Shown: positions 7,842-18,337, counted from the stretch's first letter. The stretch is DNA of 47,560 nucleotides from Chloroflexota bacterium (GCA_020631655.1 JAHDGV010000004.1:1-47560), one strand, 5' to 3'. A program made the numbers and translations. Notes: generated by a model not told the origin, from the sequence alone.

Positions 7842-8651
7842 TCACGTCCGGCGCTGGATCATGAGCGAGATGATCACCAACAAGGTTGATCCCATAAACA
7901 TCAGCGTCGAGATCACATTTACCTCTGGTGAAGCGCCAAAGCGAATTTTTGAAAAGATTAAAACGGGGAGTGTGGTTGAACCGGGGCCTGCCATGAAGAA
8001 GGTGATCACAAAGTCATCCAGCGACAGGGTAAACGCAAGCAGTGCACCTGCAACGATTCCGGGGAGCAAGAGCGGCACGGTGATGCGTCTAAACGTCTCC
8101 CAAGGATTTGCTCCAAGATCGGCCGCCGCCTCTTCAAGCGAAGCATCCATATCGGCAAGACGTGCCCGTACTACAATCGCTACAAACGCAATGTTGAACG
8201 CAACGTGGGCGATCAAAATTGTATATCGGCTCAAACTAATCCCCAAAATCACAAAGAACAAAAGCGTGGACAGCGCCATCACAATATCAGGGATGATGAT
8301 TGGCAGATACAAAATCGCATCGTAGGTGGCTTTGCCCCAGAACTTAAAGCGTTCCATGGCGATGGCGGTTAGCGTGCCTAAAATTGTGCTGATTACCGTG
8401 GACCAGAATGCGACCCACATGCTAACGCTAAAGGCGTTGCGTACCGACTCATCGTTAAACACTTCTGTATACCAACGTGTGCTAAACCCGGTCCAAACGC
8501 TGGCAAAACGATTGTCGTTGAAGGAATAGACGATCAAGATAATGATGGGCAGGTAGAGGAAGATAAACATCCCGATTGCTAACCAAGAGAGCGCCCGTTC
8601 GTTAAACGATTTTCGGATTTTATTGCGGGGGGTGATTGTTGTTGCCGCCAT
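7842..8651 (-). CDS. potC: Spermidine/putrescine-type ABC transporter permease (PotC-like)
   Basis: The start is set at M32 of the ORF (MAATTITPRNK). That ATG at 8651-8649 overlaps the potB TAA (8653-8651) as TAATG. The EAA-loop motif is LEEAAADLGANPWETFRRITVPLLLPG. Confidence 0.8.
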   Translation of the reverse strand: MAATTITPRNKIRKSFNERALSWLAIGMFIFLYLPIIILIVYSFNDNRFASVWTGFSTRWYTEVFNDESVRNAFSVSMWVAFWSTVISTILGTLTAIAMERFKFWGKATYDAILYLPIIIPDIVMALSTLLFFVILGISLSRYTILIAHVAFNIAFVAIVVRARLADMDASLEEAAADLGANPWETFRRITVPLLLPGIVAGALLAFTLSLDDFVITFFMAGPGSTTLPVLIFSKIRFGASPEVNVISTLMFMGSTLLVIISLMIQRRT

Positions 8652-9985
8652 TATTCTCTTGCACCTCCCACCCGGAAGTAGATCATGATGGCGAGGAGCA
8701 TGATGGCCATCATCAAGAAGCCGATGGCGGAGCCGAAGGGCCAATCACGCGCTGTCATAAACTGCTGCTGGAGCAAGTTGCCGAGCAAGGCTACTTTTCC
8801 GCCACCCAAAATGGCGGGGGTCACGTATGATCCCAGCGAGGGGACAAAGACGATGATGCCGGCCGCCACAATGCCGGGCATCGACAGGGGCAACAGCACG
8901 CGAATGGTTGTTTGAAAGCCGCTCGCACCTAAATCTGCGGCCGCTTCTAGCAATGACCAATCAAGTTGTTCAAGATTGCTGTAAATGGGCAACACCACAA
9001 AGGGGAAGAAGCCATAAAACAGCCCCATGAACACCGCCCCCTGATTAAACAGCAGGGGCAGTGGCTCGGCCGTGATGCTGGCCAACCACGCAAAAAACCC
9101 GCTTGATCCAGCCAGCATTTGCGCCTGCTCGTGCAGGGTAATGGTCCAAATATTATTGATCAGCCCCGTATCACGCAGAAGCAACATCCACGCGTATGTC
9201 CGCACCAAAAAGTTGGTCCAAAACGGAATCATGACCAGAAAGATCAAAATGTTGCGCCACTTCTCCGGCTTGCGGGCGATCCAGTAAGCAAACGGATAGC
9301 CAAACAGTAGACAAACGATGGTGTTTACCAAAGCTAGCCAAAACGACTTCCAGAAGATCCGCAGATAAATTAGCTGACCGCCAATGCGACTAAAGAAGCG
9401 TGCGTAATCATCAAACAGTGATAGAAAGCCATCTTCCAAAATATTGGGGTAGATGATGGTGCCGCGCGGCCCCCGTTCGCTCAGGCTGATGACGAAAACA
9501 ATCAAGTTTGGCAAAACAAAGAAGATAATGAGCCAAAAGGCGGCCGGATAGTTGATGGCCCACGCCGTTTGGCGGGTCAAGAGCAATAGGATCATCCCAG
9601 CTAGAGCAGCAAAAAAGATCGCCCCCATAAATTCATCGGCCGTCCACCAGTAGGCGGTTGCCAAGGCAATCAGGACGACGTTACGTCCGATTGCGGCCGT
9701 CTTTGCCCAGCCGATCTCACGTAAAATCGCGCCACCAAGCACCAAGTCAACGGCCGCACCTATCCCATAAAGCAGATAGGGTGTGATGCTAGGGAACTCT
9801 GACAGCACCGTTTCAAATTCAAACGGTTCCCAGCCCACAGAGCCAAAGGTGACCCAGCGGACCAATAGCAAGATCCAGAGCAAACCATGGCCCAGCAAAA
9901 ACCAAGCGGCCGTCCGCATGGTAGGATCCAATCCCGCCGCAAACGATGTTTCATCTTGTTTTAGAGATTCAAAAACTGTAGCCAT
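8651..9985 (-). CDS. potB: Spermidine/putrescine-type ABC transporter permease (PotB-like) with a ~150-aa N-terminal multi-TM extension
   Basis: 444 aa. The C-terminal ~290 aa are PotB-like, with the EAA loop LLEAAADLGASGFQTTIRVLLPLSMPG. The start at 9985 sits 1 nt from the potA stop codon (9987-9989), which supports the long form. Confidence 0.75.
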   Translation of the reverse strand: MATVFESLKQDETSFAAGLDPTMRTAAWFLLGHGLLWILLLVRWVTFGSVGWEPFEFETVLSEFPSITPYLLYGIGAAVDLVLGGAILREIGWAKTAAIGRNVVLIALATAYWWTADEFMGAIFFAALAGMILLLLTRQTAWAINYPAAFWLIIFFVLPNLIVFVISLSERGPRGTIIYPNILEDGFLSLFDDYARFFSRIGGQLIYLRIFWKSFWLALVNTIVCLLFGYPFAYWIARKPEKWRNILIFLVMIPFWTNFLVRTYAWMLLLRDTGLINNIWTITLHEQAQMLAGSSGFFAWLASITAEPLPLLFNQGAVFMGLFYGFFPFVVLPIYSNLEQLDWSLLEAAADLGASGFQTTIRVLLPLSMPGIVAAGIIVFVPSLGSYVTPAILGGGKVALLGNLLQQQFMTARDWPFGSAIGFLMMAIMLLAIMIYFRVGGARE

Positions 9986-9986
9986 C

Positions 9987-11081
9987 TTATTCTGCTAAAA
10001 CCTGTGCATTGTTGATACGCCACTGAACGTGAACTTCGTCACCTTTGTTAAAGGCGATGTCTTCCGGCCGGCCCAGATTCTGGACGCGCACAAAAAGTTT
10101 ATCTCCGGTAGGGATCACAACCTGATAGCGGGTATCAGTTCCGATGTAGATGATGTCCCGAATGGTCCCATCGAGAGTAATCGTTTCGCTATCTGTGTTG
10201 AGAAACCCGGTTTTAAGCGAAAGAACAATTTTTTCCGGCCGGATAGCGAGTGTTGCCTTATCTCCAACCGCCATTTTGACTTTAGATCGGCCGGCCAGCT
10301 TTACATCATCCGATTCAAGCACCGTGCTGTTGCTGTCAGAATCAACGACTGTCCCATCAATAAAGTTTGTTTCACCGATGAAGTCAGCCACAAACCGATT
10401 GTTGGGTTGCTCATAAATCTCACGAGCTGGGCCGATTTGTTGCACCTTGCCGTCACTCATCACCGCAATTCGATCCGACATCGTAATCGCTTCTTCTTGG
10501 TCATGGGTCACATAAATAAACGTAATCCCCAGCTCTTCTTGAATCTGTTTCAGCTCAAGCTGCATATTTTTGCGAAGCTTCAGGTCAAGGGCTCCCAATG
10601 GCTCATCCAAAAGCAAAACTTTTGGCCAATTAACAAGTGCTCGGGCCAAGGCCACACGCTGCTTTTGCCCACCAGACATTTGCGTTGTGCGACGTTCCCC
10701 AAAGCCAGACATTTCAACCAACCCTAGAGCGGCATCAACGCGTTTTTTGATTTCATCGGCCGGAACCTTTGCCATTTCTAGCCCAAAGGCGACATTCTTA
10801 GCCACAGTCATGTGGGGGAAAAGCGCATAACTTTGAAAGACGGTATTCACCGGCCGGCGATAGGCGGGAACCCCAGCAACAGGCTGCCCCATAATCGAGA
10901 TTTGCCCCATCGTAGGCTGTTCAAAACCGGCGATCAGGCGTAATGTCGTAGTTTTCCCACATCCACTGGGACCCAGCAGAGAGAAAAATTCCCCGTCTTT
11001 AATATCAATCGAGATATTATCAACGGCAACCACATCCCCGAATGCTTTGGTTACATCTGTGATCTGAACTGCAGATGACAT
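9987..11081 (-). CDS. potA: Spermidine/putrescine-type ABC transporter ATPase (PotA-like)
   Basis: 364 aa with Walker [10 protein letters not shown], signature [15 protein letters not shown], Walker [12 protein letters not shown] and a C-terminal TOBE-like domain. Confidence 0.85.
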   Translation of the reverse strand: MSSAVQITDVTKAFGDVVAVDNISIDIKDGEFFSLLGPSGCGKTTTLRLIAGFEQPTMGQISIMGQPVAGVPAYRRPVNTVFQSYALFPHMTVAKNVAFGLEMAKVPADEIKKRVDAALGLVEMSGFGERRTTQMSGGQKQRVALARALVNWPKVLLLDEPLGALDLKLRKNMQLELKQIQEELGITFIYVTHDQEEAITMSDRIAVMSDGKVQQIGPAREIYEQPNNRFVADFIGETNFIDGTVVDSDSNSTVLESDDVKLAGRSKVKMAVGDKATLAIRPEKIVLSLKTGFLNTDSETITLDGTIRDIIYIGTDTRYQVVIPTGDKLFVRVQNLGRPEDIAFNKGDEVHVQWRINNAQVLAE

Positions 11082-11097
11082 AATTTGCTCGTTAAAC

Positions 11098-11586
11098 TCA
11101 ACTGGCGTTAAGCTCTTCCTTTTCTTCGTCTACGTGTAAGCTTTTTTCAACGTCTACTTCTTCCAATTTATAAGTATGAAGGACGAGTGTGGAAACGGTT
11201 TTTTGCACCCCTTCCACCTTTTGTAATTTATCGCGAATAAAATCGGCCAGATGGTGTCGGTCGCGACAGCGAACCTCTACCATCAAGTCATATTCGCCAG
11301 AAACCATCAGCAAATAGCTAACTTCTGGGAACCCTTTAATGGCTTGAGCAGCCCCATCTAAATGAGGTGGAGCAACGGTAACTTGGATGATTGCGGGGGA
11401 TTCGAAGCCTACTTTGTGTGGATCAACTAAACCGATGATTCGTATCACATCATCTTCAAGCAGTCGCGCGGCCCGTTTGCGCACAGTTCCCTCGGTTACC
11501 CCAATTGCACGGGCAATATCGGTGTAGGATTTCCGGCCGTCAGCTTGAAGATGTGAAAGTATTGAACGATCGATTTGGTCTAACAT
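11098..11586 (-). CDS. Lrp/AsnC-family transcriptional regulator
   Basis: 162 aa. The N-terminal HTH is [41 protein letters not shown]. The C-terminal part is a RAM/AsnC-type ligand domain. Confidence 0.85.
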   Translation of the reverse strand: MLDQIDRSILSHLQADGRKSYTDIARAIGVTEGTVRKRAARLLEDDVIRIIGLVDPHKVGFESPAIIQVTVAPPHLDGAAQAIKGFPEVSYLLMVSGEYDLMVEVRCRDRHHLADFIRDKLQKVEGVQKTVSTLVLHTYKLEEVDVEKSLHVDEEKEELNAS

Positions 11587-11601
11587 GGCGAATCGGCCGG
11601 G

Positions 11602-11629
11602 ATTGTAAGACGAAATTCGGAATTGTCAA
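11602..11629 (-). promoter_or_regulatory. Sigma70-like promoter TTGACA-16 nt-TACAAT for the Lrp-headed operon
   Basis: The minus strand reads TTGACA (11629-11624), a 16-nt spacer, then TACAAT (11607-11602). Only 15 nt separate the -10 box from the lrp-like ATG at 11586. Confidence 0.6.
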
Positions 11630-11645
11630 ACCTTATTTTGCTGAA

Positions 11646-11683
11646 AACGTAAAAAGGGCTACCCGAGATTCGAGTAGCCCTTT
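11646..11683 (-). terminator. Rho-independent terminator of the giant gene
   Basis: A 10-bp stem pairs AAAGGGCTAC (11653-11662) with GTAGCCCTTT (11674-11683). On the minus strand it is followed by the T-rich tail TTTACGTTTT, whose first Ts overlap the stem base. It lies ~50 nt downstream of the stop at 11735. Confidence 0.7.
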
Positions 11684-11734
11684 CCGGAGTGAAACACTCT
11701 TTCCGGTTAAGTTTTGATAATTAGCAAGTCGCTT

Positions 11735-14700
11735 TTATGGCTCGATGATCTCAATATCGTCAACCGTGTAGCGAACCGGCAGGTTGCTTTGCGAAGATGC
11801 GGTTGTGAAGAAGAAACCAAAACCACCCGGCGCTTGTAATGCTGATTCAGAATCCGTTGCGCTAAACTGCCACTCGGCCGGTTCTGGGTCAGTTACGCGC
11901 CACATCTTTACATCAAACGTTGTAGGAGATGTGTCTGTGACCCTGACCTTGATGTTGTAATCGGTATCTGGTGCAAACGAGACATTCGATATCCATTTAC
12001 GAGGAGCGACCAGGGACCATGAGCCTTCGGCAGACTTTGCCAGACCCATGTACACCGCTCCGCCACCAAATACCCGGAATGAAACTTGGTATCTTGTGGC
12101 TGAATCGATGAAGCGAGGTTCGTAAATAAACTCGTGCCACGACTGCGGGGCCGTTTCGATATTTAGCACCATCGTCATTTCAGAGTTGGTTGCACTGCTA
12201 CCGTCAATAAACGTCCGGAGCTTTTGGCCACCAAACGATAAATCAACCGTTCCTTCTGATCCATCAACGCCAAAATTCGCATTGTTGGCACCTACATATT
12301 TGTACAATCCACCCGTCTCAGCACTGCCCCACGATTCTGATTCAGTCCGTGAAAACGAATCGGCCGCGTGAACGTTGCCCTGTGCAGGAACAGTTGGAGT
12401 TGGTGATGGGGTTGGCGTTGCTTCAGGAGCCTCAAGTTCTTTCAAGACTTGCAAGTCATCGATTGTAAACAGAACCGGCGGATTTGAAGTAGCTGACGAA
12501 ATTTGGAAGCGGAATCCAACTGCACCGGGCACCTGCAAAGATGCGGCCGAATCTGTCGTTTCGGCATGCCAAACATCAGGTTGTGCCTCCCCTTCAGCCC
12601 AAACGCGGGCTTTTAAGTTGGTTGGATTGGTTGATGAGGTCTGAACCCGAATGTTTAGATAGCTATCTGGCTCAAATGAAACCCCTGGAACCGTTATGTA
12701 ATTCTCTAGTCGGGACCAAGATCCGTTGTCGTATTTTTCAAAGGCGATCTGAACCAGTCCAGTTGAATAGGTGCGCACGGCCGTTCGATACATTGTGCCT
12801 GAACGCACGCGCCGGGTAATTACTTTAACTTCTTGCCAGCTGTTTGTGTCTTTGTCAGATTTGATTTTAAAGGTCAAATCTGAGTCAAGGGCTGAAACGC
12901 TCTGCAAAATCGCCTCACGGCCGATGGCTGAGGTTAGCACGATGTCAGCCGCGCCGTCATTCACGTCAAAGTCGTTGGCTGCCGCTGATCCCCAAAGATG
13001 GGTATATTCACCACCAACTTCGGCTGATCCCCACTGGTCCGTCTCCGTTCTTGAGAAGGAGTCAAACACCCAATAATCATCTGCGTTTCCAATCGAAGGG
13101 GTAGCAGTTGGCGTTGGAGTTGGGAACGTATCACTCACCAAATCAGTAACTGTGTAATCGTCAACCGACATTTGGATTGGCACATTGGTTGTGTTGCCGC
13201 CCACTTGGAACTTGAGGCCAACCGATCCAGCCTGTTGTAGAGCTGGCTCAGAATCTGTCGTGGTCAAATTCCACGCTGATGGTTCGTTAGCCGAAGCATC
13301 CCAAATCCGCACAGCCAGTTGGGTTGGAGAACTACCTTCTGTTACGACACGGACGTTGTACTCAGTATCAGGCAAAAACGTGAAGTTCGGGATGGTGTAG
13401 TTATTCTCAAGACGTTTCCACGAATTATTGACCAATCGGTCAAAGAATAGGGTAACTGACCCGTTGCTGTTGATCCGCACCACCGAGCGATACATGGTAG
13501 TGTTATTCATGCGGCGGGTATGAATCTTGACATCCATCCAGCTTGATGGGAGTTTGTCGGCCGAGAATATGAACAGAGTATCGCTATCAAGGGCGGAGAC
13601 TTCACCAAGGTTGGCTTCGCGCCCCATGCCAGCCGCTGTTAAATTAGCCAACCCTTTTTCCCCATCAACTTCAAACGTCTGATTGGCGGAACTGCCCCAA
13701 AGATGGGTATATGCCCCACCAGTGTCTGCACTATTCCAACCAGCGGCCGAAATTCGAGAGAAATCGTCAGAAACATAAACGGTTCCACCGACTGGCGGTG
13801 TAGCTGTTGGAGCCACTGTTTGGGTTGCCGTCGCAGTTGGAACGGCCGTATTTGTCGCGGTTGCCGTTGGCGTAGCGGTCTGTGTTGGAGTTGGGGTATT
13901 TGTTGCTGTCGCTGTTGGAGTCAGCGTTTGTGTTGCCGTTACCGTTGGAGTCAGCGTTTGAGTAGCAGTTGACGTTGGAGTCAGTGTTTGTGTTGCTGTT
14001 GCTGTCGGAACGGCCGTGTTTGTTGCCGTAGCCGTTGGTGTTGGCGCAACCTCACAATCTAGGTTTGGATCATTCCCAACCACGCCACAAAAATCTCCAA
14101 CAGCTAAAGCCCAATCTGATAGATCCAAGCCGGAAAGCTGTTGATTCTGGTTCGTGAGCGTACCTAGGAGTTTCTCACCCGTGATCGTATTCAGTGCCAC
14201 ATACGGGATAGAACTATCAGACATCCAAGTGAGATCAACTGATACTGAGTCAGCATTTTCTTTGTAAAAAATGGCCAACTCATCAGTCACAGACCGCAAG
14301 CAGACCCCGTCGGTCAAGCTGTTGCACCGTTCCATGTCTGCTCGGAAACGAGGAGACATGAAATCTGAGTAAGCCTTTATTTCGGCCGCGTTGGGGTATG
14401 CCCGCGAGCCCTCATCATACGATCCACCATCTTGGAACTGCATGTTGCCCCAGATGTTTGCCACACCACCGGCCATAGCTGAATGCCACATGCCTCGGCG
14501 TGTTTCTTCGAAGGTGTAATCTTTCACTGTAAAGGCTTGATTAATGCGGAATCTATCTTCAGAAAATGCAGGTTTATTCGGCCGGAAATTGATGGCATTT
14601 ACATACCAATCGTAATCAGGATTATGCTGTTCATAAGATGCATAGGATAAGACATCGGTGTACTGCATGATTTGGTTTTTAGCGCCGCGGGCACCCAACA

Positions 14701-17700
14701 AATGGTCCCATCCAGACTTGGTTTCAAAGTAGTTGAACCAAGTCTCAATTTGTGCGGCCGTAGCCCATTCATACACATCATAACCATATCCCATGCTCCA
14801 TCCGGGCATTGGTCCAAGGCGAGCGGCCAAGTACCGCTGCATCCGTTGATCAATGGTTCCATTGAGTCCCCACTGGGTCGGATTTTGAGTGCGCATATTG
14901 TCGCCATACATCCACAAATGGACCACACCGCCATTGGCATATGTGGTTGCAATAATGTCTTCCAGAACCTCAAATGTGTCGATATCTGGATTAGCATTAG
15001 CCGCCGAGATATTTTGACAAGAGGCAGGATAGTCGCCCGATGCGCCCAGTTCAAAGAAATGACAGTAGCCGCGTACGTGGAATCCGTTGAAACCATGTTG
15101 GTCGATAAATAGCGCAATATCGCTATCGATTTGTGTTGGGTCATTGTGGAAATTGGTTAAATCCCCCAGCATCACAAACTGGGGCACAAATACCTCTCCG
15201 GTTGCTGACCGAGACCATTTTGAGCCATTTGCTTCTACAAACCCTTTCGCGGTGGAAGAATCGATTTGAATCGTTCCACTTAACCCGTCTAAATCAGAGT
15301 CGCTACTACTGGTCGAATAGCTCCACAAACCGATGAGGTCGGCCGTAAATCGTGCTTTCCACTCATCGTTGTCGTTGTAGAACATTTCGGTTTGGCGCTG
15401 GTTGCCGGTTCCAAGATGAGTGAACGTAACAACGGCTTCAAGATCAAACGGATTTCCAGACCAAGTTGGGTTGGCAAACGCTATATCCAAATGGTTCAGC
15501 AATAAGCCGGTAATATCCGGTTGCGGGGTTGCAGTAGCTGTCGCAGTTGCCGTGGCTGTTGCAGTCGCGGTTGGGATTGGCGTAGCAGTTGGCGCAATGC
15601 TCTCTTCAACAGGGACACCGTTGGCAAACGCCTCGGCCCATTGGTCAATGAGCTGAGCCTCACCAGCCGCAGAGTGGTGTGTACCATCGGCCGAGAACCA
15701 AGTTGCCCCATCTACCTCAATGTTGCGACGATAGGTTGCATACAAATCAGGGCCCGGGATTAGTTGATATGTTGCGGCGATTTGATCGATGTCGGCCAAA
15801 ATTTTTGCTTTGGCCGTAATATCACCAAATCCACCTTGTGATTCATCTGTATCAGGGATGCGGGCGATAATCGGAACATGTCCGTAGCTCAACATATCTT
15901 GAATAAGCGCATCAAGCCGCTCATCATAAAGAGAGACATTTGAGTCAGCGAACGTTAAGCCAGTGGCTCCATCATTGCTGTCGTTTGTACCAATTCCTAT
16001 GGCCCAATAACGAATATCATCTTGATTCGCATCGAATCCAAACGCATCATAAATGTCAGACACGCTGGTGCCAGCCACAAATCCGTCAGAGTTTTTACCA
16101 GACAAACCAAACGTTGAAAGAATCAAGTCGTGATCAGTTCCACGCAGTGCTTTTACGTGGCTTTCAAACCCGGTATCCCCAATCGCATCAAAGGTGCTTG
16201 CAATCAGTGAATCGCCGTAAAAGGCAACAGTATCAGGCGCTGCGCTTGCACCAGAGACCGGTTTGAACACCTGAATCTCACGCATTTTAAAGTCGTTCCC
16301 TTGGGTCGCAGATTTGCTAAACGTCCCGTCGGTTACAACCATGCGTAGCCACGAATAGCCGCCACTAGGGATCGCAAGTTTGTGCATGCGGGTAACGCGA
16401 TCATTGCCGGTTACAGTTTGAACCGTTGTCCATGTTCCGTCTGTGCCGTCTGTAGAATCGGCCGAAACTTGTATCTCATAATCGGCCGGCAAACTGTCTA
16501 AGAACGACGCATTGGCGTACCAGTTGCTCCCGACAAAGAATTTGAACCAAACTTCCCCTTCAAGATCAACGCCTAAATCTAAAGCAATACTGCTGGTTGT
16601 TCCCAAGCTACTGTCAGCCGAAAATGTTGCATCCCCCACATTGTTTATCCCCTGAAAGCCACAGGTGTAAGTGGTCAAAAAGATCTCGGGCGCCACGCTT
16701 TGATTACTAGGTTGGCCAAAGCAGAATGAGGTTTCTAAGCCGGTTAACGTGGCAGGAATTCCTCTAGAAATCAGGGCCAACTGATCAGGAACCGTTTGGA
16801 ACGCAGGGTTGATCGTGTAAACGGTAAATGGATGGTCGGCTGATCGGCCGTCGTCCGTCGTGATCGTGACAACGCCGGTCCCATCAGCCACATTCGGGAT
16901 TACAAACTCGATAAAACCATCTTCCCAAGTTGTAACAGTGGCAGGTTGCCCGAGTACCGATATCGAACCGGCCGTTTCACCAAATTGGCTACCAAACAGG
17001 CTGGCCGAATAGCCAGACACACCACTTTGATTTCCAACTTCAATAAGTGGATCAGTTGAGTTTGTGGCGGTTGCTGTCGGGGCTAAAGTGTTTGTCGCAG
17101 TTGCTGTTGGGGGAATTGTCGGTGTGTTCGTCGCAACAGGTGGCGTACTTGTGGGAACAGGTTCCCCATCTGATGTAAGTGATGTTAGGGTTAGTGCTGA
17201 GTTGTCGCGGACCAAGAAGTAACTGGCGATGTGGTCTGATGGGGCTACCCAAACTTCGTTGGTGCCACCAGGGCCGTAGGTGTTGTAAACGTAGTCAACA
17301 ATCGGAGCATACCGCGCTTCGTTGTTGCCATGGCCTCCGGTGTTGTACCAAATATGCGTATCAGCATCTGAATTAGCGGCCGCCCAGTCAAAGGCGCTCT
17401 GAACAGCTTCAAATGTGTCATAGTCTCCACGCAAATCTCGGCCGATCGGTTCATCAAAATCTAAAAGCTGTGCATTAAACTGATAGTCACCTGAAGGGAC
17501 GGCCGTTGCGCCGGGATCAGCCACAATCATGTAGAAATTCCCAGACTCGTTATATTGAACCGTTGTATTCCCAGCATCTCGCATCCCCATAACCACAGGG
17601 TGATATTCTGCAATGAAGCAAGGGGCCGCAAAGCCGATGGGGAAATAGCCGGTCCGATTTGAGTCTACAATCACCTCGTTCAGTCGGTTAAATACAGCCT

Positions 17701-18337
17701 CAACGTCTGATTCAGATTGATCCACACACTGGGATTCAAATCCATGGGCCACAAGCGACCACCCTGTATTTAATCGTCGAATCGCTTCAGGTTTGTCTAC
17801 AATCCAACCTTCATCGCGGGTGTCGTTAATCAGGCTTCCAATCAAATTAATAGACCCTGTCCATCCCTTTGCGTCCCACAGATCCATAGACGGATGGATG
17901 TTTGTGTTGTCGTCGAAACCGTGTGACCAAGCCCACTTTTGATCATCTAGCATGACCGCTTTTTCAGCGGCACCAAAGTTCGCGCCGGGTGCGGCCGTGG
18001 TGACTGTCACGTCAAAGCTACTTGCATCCGTCGTGAATTGCACAATGCCCGATGCCGCATCATAGTCGTGGGTAATCGGCGTGCTGTTTGACGCAACCGC
18101 AATTCCAGTTGCAGAAGTTCCAACATCAACCTGAATGGTTAGGTCGTTAAAAGGCACATTCGGCACGTTGGTTCGATCTAGCGCGTAGCTGATGATGTAT
18201 TCACTAGAATCTTGAGCCGCAACTGATGTTGCACTCTCGCCTCCTAAAGTTATCATCAAGACAAACAGAGCCAGCAGGATACCTCCCGTTGGCAAAATTT
18301 GTTGGAATTTAGTATCTCTCAGTCTATTCGGTTTCAT
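11735..18337 (-). CDS. Giant secreted multidomain carbohydrate-active protein (2200 aa)
   Basis: Single uninterrupted ORF. Domain layout:
- aa 17-41: signal/anchor (cleavage-like VAA-QD).
- aa ~125-385: region with an HGFDDN motif, weakly NodB/deacetylase-like.
- aa 392-428: PT linker.
- aa 430-508: IPT/TIG-like (DNA 16814-17050).
- aa 510-692: discoidin/F5-8 type C-like (16262-16810).
- aa 700-905: SGNH/GDSL hydrolase with FYGDS, GIGTNDS and DGTHHS blocks (15623-16240).
- aa 912-938: (TA)n linker.
- aa 940-1425: DUF5060-like Ig domain plus a TIM-barrel glycosidase-like region (14063-15520).
- aa 1431-1515: PT linker.
- C-terminus: three ~210-aa repeats. Confidence 0.8.
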   Translation of the reverse strand: MKPNRLRDTKFQQILPTGGILLALFVLMITLGGESATSVAAQDSSEYIISYALDRTNVPNVPFNDLTIQVDVGTSATGIAVASNSTPITHDYDAASGIVQFTTDASSFDVTVTTAAPGANFGAAEKAVMLDDQKWAWSHGFDDNTNIHPSMDLWDAKGWTGSINLIGSLINDTRDEGWIVDKPEAIRRLNTGWSLVAHGFESQCVDQSESDVEAVFNRLNEVIVDSNRTGYFPIGFAAPCFIAEYHPVVMGMRDAGNTTVQYNESGNFYMIVADPGATAVPSGDYQFNAQLLDFDEPIGRDLRGDYDTFEAVQSAFDWAAANSDADTHIWYNTGGHGNNEARYAPIVDYVYNTYGPGGTNEVWVAPSDHIASYFLVRDNSALTLTSLTSDGEPVPTSTPPVATNTPTIPPTATATNTLAPTATATNSTDPLIEVGNQSGVSGYSASLFGSQFGETAGSISVLGQPATVTTWEDGFIEFVIPNVADGTGVVTITTDDGRSADHPFTVYTINPAFQTVPDQLALISRGIPATLTGLETSFCFGQPSNQSVAPEIFLTTYTCGFQGINNVGDATFSADSSLGTTSSIALDLGVDLEGEVWFKFFVGSNWYANASFLDSLPADYEIQVSADSTDGTDGTWTTVQTVTGNDRVTRMHKLAIPSGGYSWLRMVVTDGTFSKSATQGNDFKMREIQVFKPVSGASAAPDTVAFYGDSLIASTFDAIGDTGFESHVKALRGTDHDLILSTFGLSGKNSDGFVAGTSVSDIYDAFGFDANQDDIRYWAIGIGTNDSNDGATGLTFADSNVSLYDERLDALIQDMLSYGHVPIIARIPDTDESQGGFGDITAKAKILADIDQIAATYQLIPGPDLYATYRRNIEVDGATWFSADGTHHSAAGEAQLIDQWAEAFANGVPVEESIAPTATPIPTATATATATATATATPQPDITGLLLNHLDIAFANPTWSGNPFDLEAVVTFTHLGTGNQRQTEMFYNDNDEWKARFTADLIGLWSYSTSSSDSDLDGLSGTIQIDSSTAKGFVEANGSKWSRSATGEVFVPQFVMLGDLTNFHNDPTQIDSDIALFIDQHGFNGFHVRGYCHFFELGASGDYPASCQNISAANANPDIDTFEVLEDIIATTYANGGVVHLWMYGDNMRTQNPTQWGLNGTIDQRMQRYLAARLGPMPGWSMGYGYDVYEWATAAQIETWFNYFETKSGWDHLLGARGAKNQIMQYTDVLSYASYEQHNPDYDWYVNAINFRPNKPAFSEDRFRINQAFTVKDYTFEETRRGMWHSAMAGGVANIWGNMQFQDGGSYDEGSRAYPNAAEIKAYSDFMSPRFRADMERCNSLTDGVCLRSVTDELAIFYKENADSVSVDLTWMSDSSIPYVALNTITGEKLLGTLTNQNQQLSGLDLSDWALAVGDFCGVVGNDPNLDCEVAPTPTATATNTAVPTATATQTLTPTSTATQTLTPTVTATQTLTPTATATNTPTPTQTATPTATATNTAVPTATATQTVAPTATPPVGGTVYVSDDFSRISAAGWNSADTGGAYTHLWGSSANQTFEVDGEKGLANLTAAGMGREANLGEVSALDSDTLFIFSADKLPSSWMDVKIHTRRMNNTTMYRSVVRINSNGSVTLFFDRLVNNSWKRLENNYTIPNFTFLPDTEYNVRVVTEGSSPTQLAVRIWDASANEPSAWNLTTTDSEPALQQAGSVGLKFQVGGNTTNVPIQMSVDDYTVTDLVSDTFPTPTPTATPSIGNADDYWVFDSFSRTETDQWGSAEVGGEYTHLWGSAAANDFDVNDGAADIVLTSAIGREAILQSVSALDSDLTFKIKSDKDTNSWQEVKVITRRVRSGTMYRTAVRTYSTGLVQIAFEKYDNGSWSRLENYITVPGVSFEPDSYLNIRVQTSSTNPTNLKARVWAEGEAQPDVWHAETTDSAASLQVPGAVGFRFQISSATSNPPVLFTIDDLQVLKELEAPEATPTPSPTPTVPAQGNVHAADSFSRTESESWGSAETGGLYKYVGANNANFGVDGSEGTVDLSFGGQKLRTFIDGSSATNSEMTMVLNIETAPQSWHEFIYEPRFIDSATRYQVSFRVFGGGAVYMGLAKSAEGSWSLVAPRKWISNVSFAPDTDYNIKVRVTDTSPTTFDVKMWRVTDPEPAEWQFSATDSESALQAPGGFGFFFTTASSQSNLPVRYTVDDIEIIEP
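11738..13783 (-). repeat. Three tandem ~210-aa protein-domain repeats (jelly-roll/lectin-like) at the C-terminus of the giant protein
   Basis: The copies are at DNA 13139-13783, 12440-13078 and 11738-12373. Each opens with D(D/S)FSR...WGSA(D/E).GG.Y.H.WG and closes with P(V/I)....(V/I)DD..V. They are separated by PT-rich linkers. The copies have diverged, so this is not a DNA-level repeat. Confidence 0.8.
13793..14047 (-). repeat. Coding nested tandem repeat (PT/TA linker)
   Basis: It encodes [75 protein letters not shown] 30-nt unit occurs about 3 times at roughly 13904-13993. A 17-aa block ([17 protein letters not shown]) is duplicated at both ends. Confidence 0.85.

Noticed and set aside
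10029-10727. 232-aa plus-strand ORF opposite potA
   Set aside because: PotA on the minus strand has complete Walker A, signature and Walker B motifs. The antisense ORF has no recognisable features.
13793-14047. Possible CRISPR-like or satellite array (regular ~30-nt repeats)
   Set aside because: The repeats are in frame inside the giant ORF and encode a PT/TA linker. There are no unique spacers of CRISPR type and no cas genes in the window.
14599-15144. 181-aa minus-strand and 146-aa plus-strand ORFs inside the giant gene
   Set aside because: They are alternative-frame or antisense ORFs within a continuous 2200-aa reading frame that has coherent domain content. Nothing supports independent genes.
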